Positions 1-9,521 of a stretch of DNA of 64,000 nucleotides are shown here, piece after piece; the stretch's first letter is position 1, and each line of letters starts with the position of its first letter. Both the position numbers and the translations under genes were made by a program. Source of the DNA: a virus (Duplodnaviria; Caudoviricetes). A model generated the notes under the pieces. That model made no database searches. It saw only the letters and a program-made list of their open reading frames with translations, and was not told where the DNA came from. The DNA lies in IMG/VR virus record IMGVR_UViG_3300011871_000002, positions 128,001-192,000 of that record; one strand, written 5' to 3'.

Positions 1-716
1 CAGCCCGTATCGGTTTCTGCGTACACACGTGCGTAATAGAACTCACGCTCGAACGGCATCGCCATGGAGAATTCTTTGCCCAGCGTAGTACTTTCTTGCT
101 TGGACTTGATTTCGAACTGCTGGGTATCCACAAAGAGCCGCACATACCGCACCCCGTCAACGCTTTCGGCGTACTCCCAATCCACCAGATTCGTATCCAG
201 CGTCAGGAGCGGCGAGGGTTTGCTGACATCGTACACGATGCGTAAGCCTTCGTGCTGGAGTTGGCTGATGATGATGGGGTACTGCAAGGAAAAGGTGTAA
301 CCGCCCGCCACGAAGTAGGTGTTGCGTGGGATGACCAGTTTGCGGCTCTTGGTGCTGGGGTCTTCGACCATGCGGTTGAGCAGCTCGTCCTCTGCCACCA
401 GAATACCAAATCGGGCTTTACTCGGCGTAGCAAAGCGCCCCACATAGTCTTTGTCCGACATGTGCAGGTACAGTTCGCTCTCGGTCTGGGCCAATTGGGG
501 GTACAGGCGCCGAACGGTAGAGGCGTGCTCATCCATGAAGGCGCTATACAGACAGGCGGCCGACTCGATACACAACACCACTGGATTGGTGGGGTCAACC
601 AGATTGATGCGGCCATTGCTAATGTCTTGCGCTACTGCCAAGACTTCCCGCATCGCGCGTGTCGGATCGTACTGGTATTCTTGAAGATTGGAAATCAAGG
701 TTTCGATACTGTTCAT
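1..716 (-). CDS. Virion structural protein, phiKZ gp87-like; runs off the window start, so only the N-terminal part is present
   Basis: Not in the ORF track. ATG at 716 overlaps the TGA of the upstream gene (ATGA) and the frame is open to position 1: MNSIETLISNLQEYQYDP...LYLHMSDKDYVGRFATP...IPRNTYFVAGGYTFSLQYPI, which resembles conserved phiKZ-like virion proteins. Confidence 0.7.
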   Translation of the reverse strand, partial: MNSIETLISNLQEYQYDPTRAMREVLAVAQDISNGRINLVDPTNPVVLCIESAACLYSAFMDEHASTVRRLYPQLAQTESELYLHMSDKDYVGRFATPSKARFGILVAEDELLNRMVEDPSTKSRKLVIPRNTYFVAGGYTFSLQYPIIISQLQHEGLRIVYDVSKPSPLLTLDTNLVDWEYAESVDGVRYVRLFVDTQQFEIKSKQESTTLGKEFSMAMPFEREFYYARVYAETDTG

Positions 717-1801
717 GCCGTTCTCCGTTTCTTTTGGCTGGTGTAGATGGACAGCTTTTGGTTATAAATGTCCTTGGGCACCCACCACTCCAATTCGTAG
801 GTGTTCGGGTTGATCCGGGGATAACCGCGGTTATTGAAAATCTCTAAGAACTCCGCATCGACGCGCCGGTACATGCTCTCTCGATACCGGTTCTTCATGG
901 TGTCGTTAAAGAGCTGGACAGTGCGATTGAACTCGTAGATGAGCATGTCGTACATGTACAGCGCACCGAAACAGCGGAAGTTAATCGACATGGTGTCATG
1001 GGCGTCGTTGTAGGGCTTCTCGGTGGAGAAGTTAAACATCGCCCCCATCGGCGCTGACACCGGTAGTGCAGCACCGCACGCGGCAATACCTGTGACCACT
1101 GTTTTGGACGCATCCATCGTCAGGCGATAAATGCGCGTTTGGTAGTCGATTTCGTTTTCGATGATGTTCTCGTAATGGGGAACCAGGATGCCTTGGTAGA
1201 TCAAGGACATGTAGTGTATCCACGTAAAGAACAATAGTGTGATAGGACTACCAGGCATGTTGCGAAAATCGGCCGTAATATCGTATGCCGAATAATCCTG
1301 TGCAACGCCATCGACCATCCCCCAGGTCTGTTTATACGCCCCATCAGGGGCTACGTACGTGTCTGCTTTCACATCCGGCCACCCGCTCATGGAGACTAGG
1401 TGGTTAGACAGAAGCGGAATAAACGCCTGCTGGTTATCGACAAAAGGGCAACGGATGCCGTGTTTTACCAACTCTCGGTCGAGAGTGTTGCGGATCGCCC
1501 GCTGCACGCTTTCTTCTTTTGTGGTGAGCAGTGCCGTGAGCTGGCGCGCAAGGTTCAAGTTTTCCGTGGCAAGGTTAAACTTTGGCCGCGTGAAAAACGT
1601 CAAGCCAAACGTATCTTTGTTGATCGGGACGGCAGCCGGCTGTTGTCGGTGATTAATGCCGTAAAAGCTATTACCAATTGCCGCGTCGAGTTCCCCCAGA
1701 CTGGTAGTCTGAAAAACCTGTACCACCGCATCGGGCACCGAATCATAGTCGATCTTTTTAATGATCTCGGCTATGTCAATTCTGTTAGCACTATCGGCCA
1801 T
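713..1801 (-). CDS. Virion structural protein, phiKZ gp88-like
   Basis: 362 aa with motifs GLTFFTRP, FIPLLSN, SGWPD, EIDYQTRIYRL and YPRINP..ELEWW, typical of phiKZ-like structural genes; synteny. Confidence 0.7.
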   Translation of the reverse strand: MADSANRIDIAEIIKKIDYDSVPDAVVQVFQTTSLGELDAAIGNSFYGINHRQQPAAVPINKDTFGLTFFTRPKFNLATENLNLARQLTALLTTKEESVQRAIRNTLDRELVKHGIRCPFVDNQQAFIPLLSNHLVSMSGWPDVKADTYVAPDGAYKQTWGMVDGVAQDYSAYDITADFRNMPGSPITLLFFTWIHYMSLIYQGILVPHYENIIENEIDYQTRIYRLTMDASKTVVTGIAACGAALPVSAPMGAMFNFSTEKPYNDAHDTMSINFRCFGALYMYDMLIYEFNRTVQLFNDTMKNRYRESMYRRVDAEFLEIFNNRGYPRINPNTYELEWWVPKDIYNQKLSIYTSQKKRRTA

Positions 1802-1830
1802 CTAAAACCTCATGTAAAAGGAATGGAAAC

Positions 1831-2916
1831 ATGTCAGACAATTCCCCAACCACCTTGGCGTTTGTGCGCTTCATCCAAGACCTGTGGCGGGCCGGTAAAT
1901 CCGACTCGCTGGTCGACTACACCCGTGAATCGCGTGTCGAGCCCAAGCTCTTGATCGCTACCGACGTCCTGTACAACGACATGCTGCCAGACGTATCGCA
2001 GACACTGTTGTCACTGGTGGCAGGCTATTACCTGCAAGCTGTGGCACTGTCGGTCAATGTCGGCAAGATCGAGGTGCACCGCACCCTCGCTAAGCTCAAT
2101 CCGAACCGCAGCGTTTCCAATGACGCCGCCGACTCGCTGGGCTGGCTGATGGCGCAAGAGAACTACAAACACCGCCTGCCGACCTTCGAAGCCAAGGCAG
2201 CACTCGAAGCGATCAGCACTCGCGTGCCCGAGGTCAATACCTTCTCCGTAGCGCGTGACACGCACCGAGAACTTAAGGAGCTGAGCAATCTGTCGGTGGG
2301 GAAACTGCTGATGGTGGATATCAGTGACGGTCTCCATCGTGGGACCATCCCGGTGTCGATCCGTCTGCAAGCGACAAGCCTGCCAACCGAGCGACTGGCT
2401 CATATCTTAGCGATGGGCGCCAAGGACATTTCGGTGAAAGAGCGCTGGAAACAAGTCACTTCCGGCGAGATCGAGATGATGCGCGATTTCCTGCTGTGCA
2501 ACGACCTGGTCGACGAACGCAAGAAGAACCTGCGCGCCGACAAGACCGGCGTGTATGCAGAAATCCTGGGCCAGCGCCGCAAGAACCAATTGTCGGCCAT
2601 CGTGTCGGCCAATCCGTCGGTCGCCACCGCTTCGAACATGGCGATCATCTCGCGCGACACCGCCAACGAACTGGAAATGCTGGTCAACGGCAAGCTGTCC
2701 AACCCGAAAGTGCGGGAACGCGTCTTCGACGAGAAATCGCTGATGATCATGGCAGTGCTCGACACGGCCGATTCGCGCGTGACCTTCTACACCCGCGGCA
2801 TCGCCATGGCCACCGAAATGGGCATCCGCGACCTGCGCGCCGCCAACAAAGGCGACGGCCCGAACGTGTCAGACGTGCTCAAGGCGTACCAGTTGGGGAA
2901 CTCCCCTATGCTGTAA
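1831..2916 (+). CDS. Virion/inner-head protein, phiKZ gp89-like
   Basis: 361 aa, AAGGA RBS, divergent from the gp88-like gene; contains an ALE motif and NLSVGKLL. Confidence 0.65.
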   Translation: MSDNSPTTLAFVRFIQDLWRAGKSDSLVDYTRESRVEPKLLIATDVLYNDMLPDVSQTLLSLVAGYYLQAVALSVNVGKIEVHRTLAKLNPNRSVSNDAADSLGWLMAQENYKHRLPTFEAKAALEAISTRVPEVNTFSVARDTHRELKELSNLSVGKLLMVDISDGLHRGTIPVSIRLQATSLPTERLAHILAMGAKDISVKERWKQVTSGEIEMMRDFLLCNDLVDERKKNLRADKTGVYAEILGQRRKNQLSAIVSANPSVATASNMAIISRDTANELEMLVNGKLSNPKVRERVFDEKSLMIMAVLDTADSRVTFYTRGIAMATEMGIRDLRAANKGDGPNVSDVLKAYQLGNSPML

Positions 2917-2986
2917 TACACAGCAAACAAGTCCTCTTTTCGACCCGTGAGCACTGGGGTGCTCACTTACACAGGTAAAAACTAAC

Positions 2987-3883
2987 ATGAGCAAGATGAG
3001 CGACTTTTTGGCGGGCCTCCTGCCAAACTTCGACAAAGACCGCGTCCTCGAAGACGTGCGTTTGCGTCGTGCAGAAATCAAAGAAAGCACCGAACCGGTC
3101 TACGACGGCGCCGCCCCCTTCCTGGCGAAATGGGACATCAAGTCCAAGGAAGTGAAAGAACTGCAAGTGGCGTTCCAGCGCGTGACGCGGGCACGGGACA
3201 ACATGTTCGTGCACATCCACAAAGCGTTCCCGAACATCCTCAAAAACCTCGACGAAGTCGAAGAGCTGATCACGCGCGTCTACAACGATGAAATCGCTGG
3301 CAGCGGCCTGTCGTACATGAAAGCAAACCTGCTCCAGTTCGTCGAGTGCACGGGCTTCGTGGCGCGCTTCTCGCGCAAGCTGATTTCCTATGTGTTCATC
3401 CACGAAACCGGTCAATTCGAAGAAGGAGGCACCAATGTGGCCGAAAGTCTGACCCCGTCCGAGCGCCAATACATCGAGGCGAACTTCTCGAACTTCTGCC
3501 TGGCTCTGGTGGCGATTTCGGGTAACCCAGCCAATGTCAAGCACGCCCTGAACGACGTGCCCGACATCATCGTCACCGCCGACAACGCCCAGTCGCTGGG
3601 CAAGACCATGGGTGAAAACAAGCTCGACCCGCTGGGGATGCGCTTCATCACCGGCAAATGGTCGCCGATCTACCATGTGCGCATGATGGTGGCCGAATGG
3701 CAAAACGCCCGCTACCGTGAAGCCAAGGAAGAACTGGCTTTGCTGCAACTGCGCAAGCTCAACATGGAGCAGCTCAAAGCTGGTAAACCGGACGCCGGCG
3801 TGCAAAAGAAGATCGATGCCCTGGAACGCCGTATCCAAGACATGACGGTCAAGATCAAGCGCATGGAGGAGAGCAATGACTAA
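2987..3883 (+). CDS. Virion/inner-head protein, phiKZ gp90-like
   Basis: 298 aa, strong GC3 codon bias, C-terminal coiled coil, synteny. Confidence 0.6.
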   Translation: MSKMSDFLAGLLPNFDKDRVLEDVRLRRAEIKESTEPVYDGAAPFLAKWDIKSKEVKELQVAFQRVTRARDNMFVHIHKAFPNILKNLDEVEELITRVYNDEIAGSGLSYMKANLLQFVECTGFVARFSRKLISYVFIHETGQFEEGGTNVAESLTPSERQYIEANFSNFCLALVAISGNPANVKHALNDVPDIIVTADNAQSLGKTMGENKLDPLGMRFITGKWSPIYHVRMMVAEWQNARYREAKEELALLQLRKLNMEQLKAGKPDAGVQKKIDALERRIQDMTVKIKRMEESND

Positions 3884-4478
3884 TCCGCGCCCCGGCTGGC
3901 GGCTGTACACGCGCGGCTTCGTCGGTGGCATTCCTGCGACCAAGATGGAGCGCATGGAGCCGCGTGAGACGCGCATCCACCAAGATCAAGGCCGAATCGT
4001 GATTTCCCAACCAGGTGACAACGACCTGTGCGTGAACGACGAGGTCGAAGAACTGTACGCGTCGTACATCAAGAACCTGCCCGACGTGACGAGCATCGAC
4101 TTTCGCAACAAGGTGCTCAAAGCGGCTCTGCATGCGTTCGGCTCGATGTCGTTCTTCCGCTGGTACTCTGCCCAGCGCGCTAGTCCCGGCATGGGTGACT
4201 TGCAGTACCGCTTCCTTGCCGACACCCTCGGTTACCTGCAAGGACAGCGCCGCAGCATGGATATGCCTATGTGGGAAGACTTGCTGACTGCTACGCAAGC
4301 GGTCGAAACTTCCCCGGTCTATGTGGCAGCGTCCGAGAAATTCTTCGGCGTGCACCCGACCATGTCCAAAGCGGATCGAAATGACGACCTGATCGACGTC
4401 ATCCAGATGTGGTGTTCCCGTCCCAACGGTATTGAAGATTTGCTACAATCTCTTCACTTATTGTTTGGGAACCCGTAA
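3876..4478 (+). CDS. Conserved phiKZ-like hypothetical or virion protein
   Basis: 200 aa, GGAG RBS, overlaps the previous gene, LYTRGF motif. Confidence 0.6.
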   Translation: MTNPRPGWRLYTRGFVGGIPATKMERMEPRETRIHQDQGRIVISQPGDNDLCVNDEVEELYASYIKNLPDVTSIDFRNKVLKAALHAFGSMSFFRWYSAQRASPGMGDLQYRFLADTLGYLQGQRRSMDMPMWEDLLTATQAVETSPVYVAASEKFFGVHPTMSKADRNDDLIDVIQMWCSRPNGIEDLLQSLHLLFGNP

Positions 4479-4597
4479 ATCACGGAGTCCGTGATTATTA
4501 AATAGTATAGTGGTCTGAATTAAGGCCATGGAATTTACTCGCGAGTAAAGTCTGAACTATCCCATCCAAATCACCTATTGCAATAGGAGCAACACCC

Positions 4598-5935
4598 ATG
4601 CGTAAATTTTTCACTGGCGGTCGCGGCGGCATCATGGCCCTCGAAAACGACAACACCCCTGCTGAATCGGAAGGCGTCGTCGAAGACGCAGCGAACTCCG
4701 CTGAAACCGCCCTGCTGGAAGTGAACGAAGAAACCGCCGAAGGCGAAACCGCAGAAGCTGCCGTCGACGAAGCCGTCGAAGCCGTCTCGTCGCTGGAATC
4801 GTACCTGGTCGCACTGGAAGCTGCCAACGCCGAAGGTGGCCTGAGCCGTTCGGGCGCCGCCGTCATGAACATCGGCCTGGAACACATCTACAGCCGTCTG
4901 GGCTACGAAAAGGGCGAAACCGCCGTGGTCTCGCTGGAAAACTTCGGCCAGAACAGCTCGCGCGCCGGCGCCACCCAGATCGCCATGGAAGGCGTGAAGG
5001 AAAAGATCAAGGAGATCTGGGCCGCCATCATCTCCCACATCAAGAAAGCCATCGAGTGGATCAAGGGCCACTTCGCCAAGATCTTCGGCGCCGCCGAGAA
5101 GCTGGAAAAGCGCGCCAAGGCACTGTCGGAAGCCTCCAAGGGCATCAGCGGCCAGCCGAAAGAGAAGAGCTTCGAGAACGAGCGCCTGGTCAAGGCCCTG
5201 CACATCGACGGCAACATCCCTGGCTCGGTGTCGGCACAGCTGGCACAGATCACCAAGACCGCTGACGCCGTCTTCACCGGCCTGGCCGACTTCAACGCCA
5301 AGGGCGCCGACAAGCTGCTCGAAGAGATGGGCAAGACCGATGGCAAAGTCGACCAGATCGCCGCCATCCCGCTGGGCAGTATCGCCGGCATGGGCGAAGT
5401 GACCAATCCGGAAGGCGCTGGCTTCAGCAAGCCGACCGACGGTCTGACCCTGTACCGCGGCCTGAAGCTGATGGGCAACCGTACCGTCATCGTCGAAGCA
5501 GCGAAATCGGCCGTGACTGGCGAAGCTGCCGTGAACGCCGCATCGAAGTCCTCGGTCGCTGTCGGCGCCTACGACCCGAAAGCCAAAGACCCGACCAAGA
5601 CCACCGTCACCGTCGTCGATCCGGGCGAAGTCGGCAAGATCGCTGACGAAGTCGCTGTCATGGCCCGCGAAGTCATCAAGTACAAGGCCAAGCTGCCGAA
5701 GGCTGGTGACCTGAAGGCCAAGATCGTCGCCGCTGCTGAACGTGCCGGCAAGGAAGCCCTGACCGAAGAAGACAAGGGCAAGGCTGCCTACCACAGCGCC
5801 ATGCAGAAGATCGCGACCAACACCGTCAACAACCTGGACCGCGCGCCGGCTGCCATGGCGTCCTACGTGCTGAACACCGGCAAGGCCGCCCTGGACCTGG
5901 CCGAGCAGTCGCTCAAGCAGTACACCACCAAGTAA
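4598..5935 (+). CDS. Internal head protein with acidic propeptide (phiKZ gp93-like family)
   Basis: 445 aa, AGGAG RBS; acidic N-terminus with ALE, SLE, ALE, GLE, SLE and AME motifs followed by an IKEIWAAI...WIK helix; extreme codon bias. Confidence 0.8.
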   Translation: MRKFFTGGRGGIMALENDNTPAESEGVVEDAANSAETALLEVNEETAEGETAEAAVDEAVEAVSSLESYLVALEAANAEGGLSRSGAAVMNIGLEHIYSRLGYEKGETAVVSLENFGQNSSRAGATQIAMEGVKEKIKEIWAAIISHIKKAIEWIKGHFAKIFGAAEKLEKRAKALSEASKGISGQPKEKSFENERLVKALHIDGNIPGSVSAQLAQITKTADAVFTGLADFNAKGADKLLEEMGKTDGKVDQIAAIPLGSIAGMGEVTNPEGAGFSKPTDGLTLYRGLKLMGNRTVIVEAAKSAVTGEAAVNAASKSSVAVGAYDPKAKDPTKTTVTVVDPGEVGKIADEVAVMAREVIKYKAKLPKAGDLKAKIVAAAERAGKEALTEEDKGKAAYHSAMQKIATNTVNNLDRAPAAMASYVLNTGKAALDLAEQSLKQYTTK

Positions 5936-6014
5936 TCTCATCGATCCGGCACCGTAGCGGGCACATTCCGCTACGGGTCGTTTTACATCCCTCTCGTATA
6001 AAAAGGTATAGCAC

Positions 6015-7391
6015 ATGCGCCGCCACCTCCTGAATTCCTCCCTGGAAGGTTTCCACGTTCCGGGTACCAACCAGTTCCTGTCGCTGGAAGAAGAGCAAGA
6101 CCTGGTCGTCGAAGCCACCGCTGAAGGCGCTGCCATCGACACCGAGCTGAACGAAGTCGACCGCATGGCCGACATGTCCGACGCCCTCGAAGACCTGGCA
6201 GTCGTCGCCGACGGCATCGCTGGCGAAAACGGCGACGGCGAAGCCACCCAGACCGAAGCCGCCCTGATGGACACCGTCGCCAACGCGGCCGTCGCCGGCA
6301 CCGACGTGGACGCGTCGGAAATCGTCCCCGCCATGGAAAGCCATGGCGGCAAGCGTCGTTACGCGGCCGAATCGATCCGCGAGCGCGCTCGTGCGATCTG
6401 GGAAGCCATCAAGAAGATCCTGAAGCAGGTGTGGGAAAAGATCACCTCCTTCATGTACAAGATCTTCGGCACCATCCCGACCCTGCGTCGCCGCGTCGAA
6501 GACCTGAAGAAGCGCGTGCGCGACAACGGCAGCCGCACCATCGAAGAGAAGAAGATCACCGTCACGAGCGGCATCTCCGCCCTGTCGGCGAACTACAAGA
6601 CCCCGTCGAACGCGGCCGAGCTGCGCAAGAACTTCATGGCTCTGCTGAAGGCGGACCAGGAAATCTACGGCAGCGAATTCGACGTCGGCATCAAGGTCGG
6701 CGAAGCCGTCCTGGACGGCATCAACGACTTCGATCCGGAAAAGGCCGAGGCCACCGCCAAGGACTTCCTGGACAAGGTCGTCGCCGCCATGAAGAAGGAC
6801 AAGGCATCGGGCCTGGCGTCCCACAGCGTGAGTGGCAACCGTTTCGGCGAGAACGTCGACGCCAAGATGAGCGACCCGCTGCTGGGCAACATCAGCATCG
6901 TTCTCAAGATCCCGACCTACGTCGAACACAAGCCGGGTTCGGGTTCGACCCTGGGCATCCTGGAAAACATCCGCGGCTACGGCCGTGAAGTCGTCCAGAC
7001 CTCGGAAAAACCGAAGGACATGCCGAACACCTTCGAGATGTCGACCGCCACCAACGCCGAGATGTCGGCGCTGCTGGACGACGTCGTCGACATGCTGGAC
7101 GTGCTGGAGAAGTTCCAGCGCGGCAAGCGCGCCGACGAGATGAAGAAGCTCAAGGGCAAGCTGGAAACCGCTTCCGACAAGGCTACCGCGGCCATGAACA
7201 AGCTCAACGCCAAGGAAGACAAGGCCGACCAAGTCGCCGTGCCTTACTACCGCGCTCTGCTGAACTTCAACCAGGCTTACGCGCGCTGGATGAAGGACCC
7301 GGCCCTGCCGATGGTCTCGCACTCGCTGGCTTCGATCCGCGGCGTCGTCAACGTCGTGCAGAAGTCGCTGTCGAACTACAAGGCTGCCTAA
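6015..7391 (+). CDS. Internal head protein, paralogue of 4598-5935
   Basis: 458 aa; SLE, SLE, ALE, AME and AAE motifs in an acidic N-terminus, then AIWEAIKKILKQVWEKI. Confidence 0.8.
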   Translation: MRRHLLNSSLEGFHVPGTNQFLSLEEEQDLVVEATAEGAAIDTELNEVDRMADMSDALEDLAVVADGIAGENGDGEATQTEAALMDTVANAAVAGTDVDASEIVPAMESHGGKRRYAAESIRERARAIWEAIKKILKQVWEKITSFMYKIFGTIPTLRRRVEDLKKRVRDNGSRTIEEKKITVTSGISALSANYKTPSNAAELRKNFMALLKADQEIYGSEFDVGIKVGEAVLDGINDFDPEKAEATAKDFLDKVVAAMKKDKASGLASHSVSGNRFGENVDAKMSDPLLGNISIVLKIPTYVEHKPGSGSTLGILENIRGYGREVVQTSEKPKDMPNTFEMSTATNAEMSALLDDVVDMLDVLEKFQRGKRADEMKKLKGKLETASDKATAAMNKLNAKEDKADQVAVPYYRALLNFNQAYARWMKDPALPMVSHSLASIRGVVNVVQKSLSNYKAA

Positions 7392-7416
7392 TCGGCGCCG
7401 CGTAGTAGACGCGTAG

Positions 7417-7449
7417 AAAACCACCCCGATTTCGGTCGGGGTGGTTTTT
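7417..7449 (+). terminator. Intrinsic terminator
   Basis: AAAACCACCCCGAT-TTCG-GTCGGGGTGGTTTTT followed by ATGCCG. Confidence 0.85.
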
Positions 7450-7514
7450 ATGCCGGAGTGTAAAAAAATATGTTGCATAGATTGTTTGGCCCAACTCTTC
7501 ATTAGGAACCCGTC

Positions 7515-7919
7515 ATGACCCCAGTAGACCAGCAATTCTTCTTCGATTCCAACAACAATCGTTTCGGTGACTGCGCGCGCGCTGTGCTCGCTAGTTTGCT
7601 GGACTTGCCACTTCAGGCGGTGCCACACTTTCTGCAAGAGGTAGCCGATACCGGCCACGTCGATGCACCGGCGTTTTATGATCGCATCGATGCATGGCTG
7701 CTTTCCCAAGGATACGAGATCGACTGGCATTACACCCCTCAAGGTGCGTATGCAACCGAGTACTGCTACATCGGTGGTCCAAGCCCTCGCGGTCAAGGGT
7801 TGAGCCATGCAGTCGTTGGACAAGGCGGCCGGGTGGTGCACGACCCACATCCGAGCCGTGCAGGGTTGCTTCCTGGTCAATGGGCGTATGGTTACTTGGT
7901 GCCACTGGCAAAGCGATAA
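7515..7919 (+). CDS. Hypothetical protein, possible papain/C39-like Cys-His-Asp fold
   Basis: 134 aa, AGGA RBS; GDCARAVLASLL...SHAVV...VVHDP. Confidence 0.55.
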   Translation: MTPVDQQFFFDSNNNRFGDCARAVLASLLDLPLQAVPHFLQEVADTGHVDAPAFYDRIDAWLLSQGYEIDWHYTPQGAYATEYCYIGGPSPRGQGLSHAVVGQGGRVVHDPHPSRAGLLPGQWAYGYLVPLAKR

Positions 7920-7973
7920 GGGAAGCGCAATTTTATGTAGCTTTCCTTAAACGAACAAAGAAGAAAGTGGATT

Positions 7974-9521
7974 ATGCCAAAGATTAAACAGATGATTCCG
8001 GAAACTGCCAGTACGATTACGCGCCCGATCGTTTTGGAAGTAGTTCGCCAGATCATGGACATGACTGGGATCGACAAGGAGACCACGCAGATCTTCTTTC
8101 CTCGTGAAAATGGCCGCATTGCCCAAGTCGGTTCGACTTTAACCGGTGACGCCCTGCCCAATATCACCAACGCGGTGGAGCGCGTTAAAATCGAGGCCAG
8201 TGAAGATTACCAAGCTGAAGAGATCGGTAGCGTCGCGGTGCACCAACCCGAGAACCGCTTGATCTTCCTGGACAATGATCTCGACACCGTGGTGCGTCCG
8301 GTGTATGTGACGTCGACCATGACGATCAACTTCAGCTACCGGGCAGTAGACCAAACGTCGGCTGAGCGCTGGCGCGATGAAATTGCAGTGCGTATGTCAA
8401 TGATGGACCACCCGCACTTGCTGAACCTCACGTATAGTTACGTGATTCCTGAATACTTCCTCATCATCTTGCAAGAAATCCACCGGTTGCGTGAAGCGAC
8501 CGATGGTTATAAGCAAGACTGGCCGGCTTACTTCAACGACAATTCTTCCAAGCTTTTGTCGGTACTGAGTAACCTCGCCGGCAAAGAGCAAGTGTTGGCT
8601 TTGTCGGAAACCCAGACGCGCGTGCCGGGCATGTTCGACTTTGAAGCGGTACCAGAAAAAGGTAGCCGTGAAGATGGTACGGAAGCCTGGACCATCACGT
8701 TCAGTTACAAGTTCCAATACGCCAAAGCCGTGGCGTGCCAGATGACGTACCCGATCGTGGTGCATAACCAGCCACTGAGCGAACTGTTTCTGCCCAAAGT
8801 ACCTGACACACCTAACAACCACAAGGTGAGCATGAGTGCGTCGATGTATGGCCTCGCGCACTTTGAAAGCGGCAGCTGGTCGCATCCCGAGCACTACCGG
8901 GATGGCTACGCTATTCCCCCCTTTGACGACTTCATTCCTGATTACCAGTTGCCAGCGACCAAGCGGGTGGTGACCAGTTTGGTCTTGATCGATGAAGCCA
9001 AACCAGAAGTGCTGATGAATTTGGGGGACATCGATCCTGCGTTCGCGTTCAAACCAGAAGTCTTGGCCTTCCTGCGCGAAGAAACACCCTCGCTGGCCAA
9101 GCCTTACATGTCGATCTTCAATGTGACCCTGTACCGCAACGTGCACATGCTGCCACCGGAGGCGATTGAAGTACGGCCCAACATGGATGTGGTGGTCACC
9201 AAACTCAAATCGCTGCGGTATTACTACCACGTGCGCCTGAGCATGGTGACAGACCTGCGCCGGGTCGATATGGATGCACTGGATCGCGCCCGCCGTCATG
9301 GCAAGGCACTGGTGGAGATTCTCAAGGCCATCGACCCATCGCTGGAAGAACGTGGCTTGCTGCCGCGTGTCCTGAAGAACAATTACGTGACCCGCGCTGA
9401 TCTGGAAGCAGTGATGCGCGAAATGGAGCGCGGCATTCGTCGTACCGACGAGACCACGATCAAGCAGTTCAACACCGTCCAAACCCTTTTCGTTAAAGTG
9501 AGCGACAATGCCGGTCTTTAA
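7974..9521 (+). CDS. Virion structural protein (phiKZ gp98-like block)
   Basis: 515 aa, first of four coupled genes; YPIVVHNQ and IPPFDDF motifs. Confidence 0.65.
   Translation: MPKIKQMIPETASTITRPIVLEVVRQIMDMTGIDKETTQIFFPRENGRIAQVGSTLTGDALPNITNAVERVKIEASEDYQAEEIGSVAVHQPENRLIFLDNDLDTVVRPVYVTSTMTINFSYRAVDQTSAERWRDEIAVRMSMMDHPHLLNLTYSYVIPEYFLIILQEIHRLREATDGYKQDWPAYFNDNSSKLLSVLSNLAGKEQVLALSETQTRVPGMFDFEAVPEKGSREDGTEAWTITFSYKFQYAKAVACQMTYPIVVHNQPLSELFLPKVPDTPNNHKVSMSASMYGLAHFESGSWSHPEHYRDGYAIPPFDDFIPDYQLPATKRVVTSLVLIDEAKPEVLMNLGDIDPAFAFKPEVLAFLREETPSLAKPYMSIFNVTLYRNVHMLPPEAIEVRPNMDVVVTKLKSLRYYYHVRLSMVTDLRRVDMDALDRARRHGKALVEILKAIDPSLEERGLLPRVLKNNYVTRADLEAVMREMERGIRRTDETTIKQFNTVQTLFVKVSDNAGL

Noticed and set aside
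203-746. Track ORFs 203-616 (-) and 252-746 (+)
   Set aside because: The region is occupied by the minus-strand structural gene starting at 716, which the track omits because it has no stop within the window.
4571-7880. Long minus-strand ORFs (593 and 655 aa) and similar antisense ORFs elsewhere (e.g. 8397-9593, 14644-16008, 35520-36761)
   Set aside because: These are shadow frames of strongly GC3-biased + strand genes, with no RBS or recognisable motifs.
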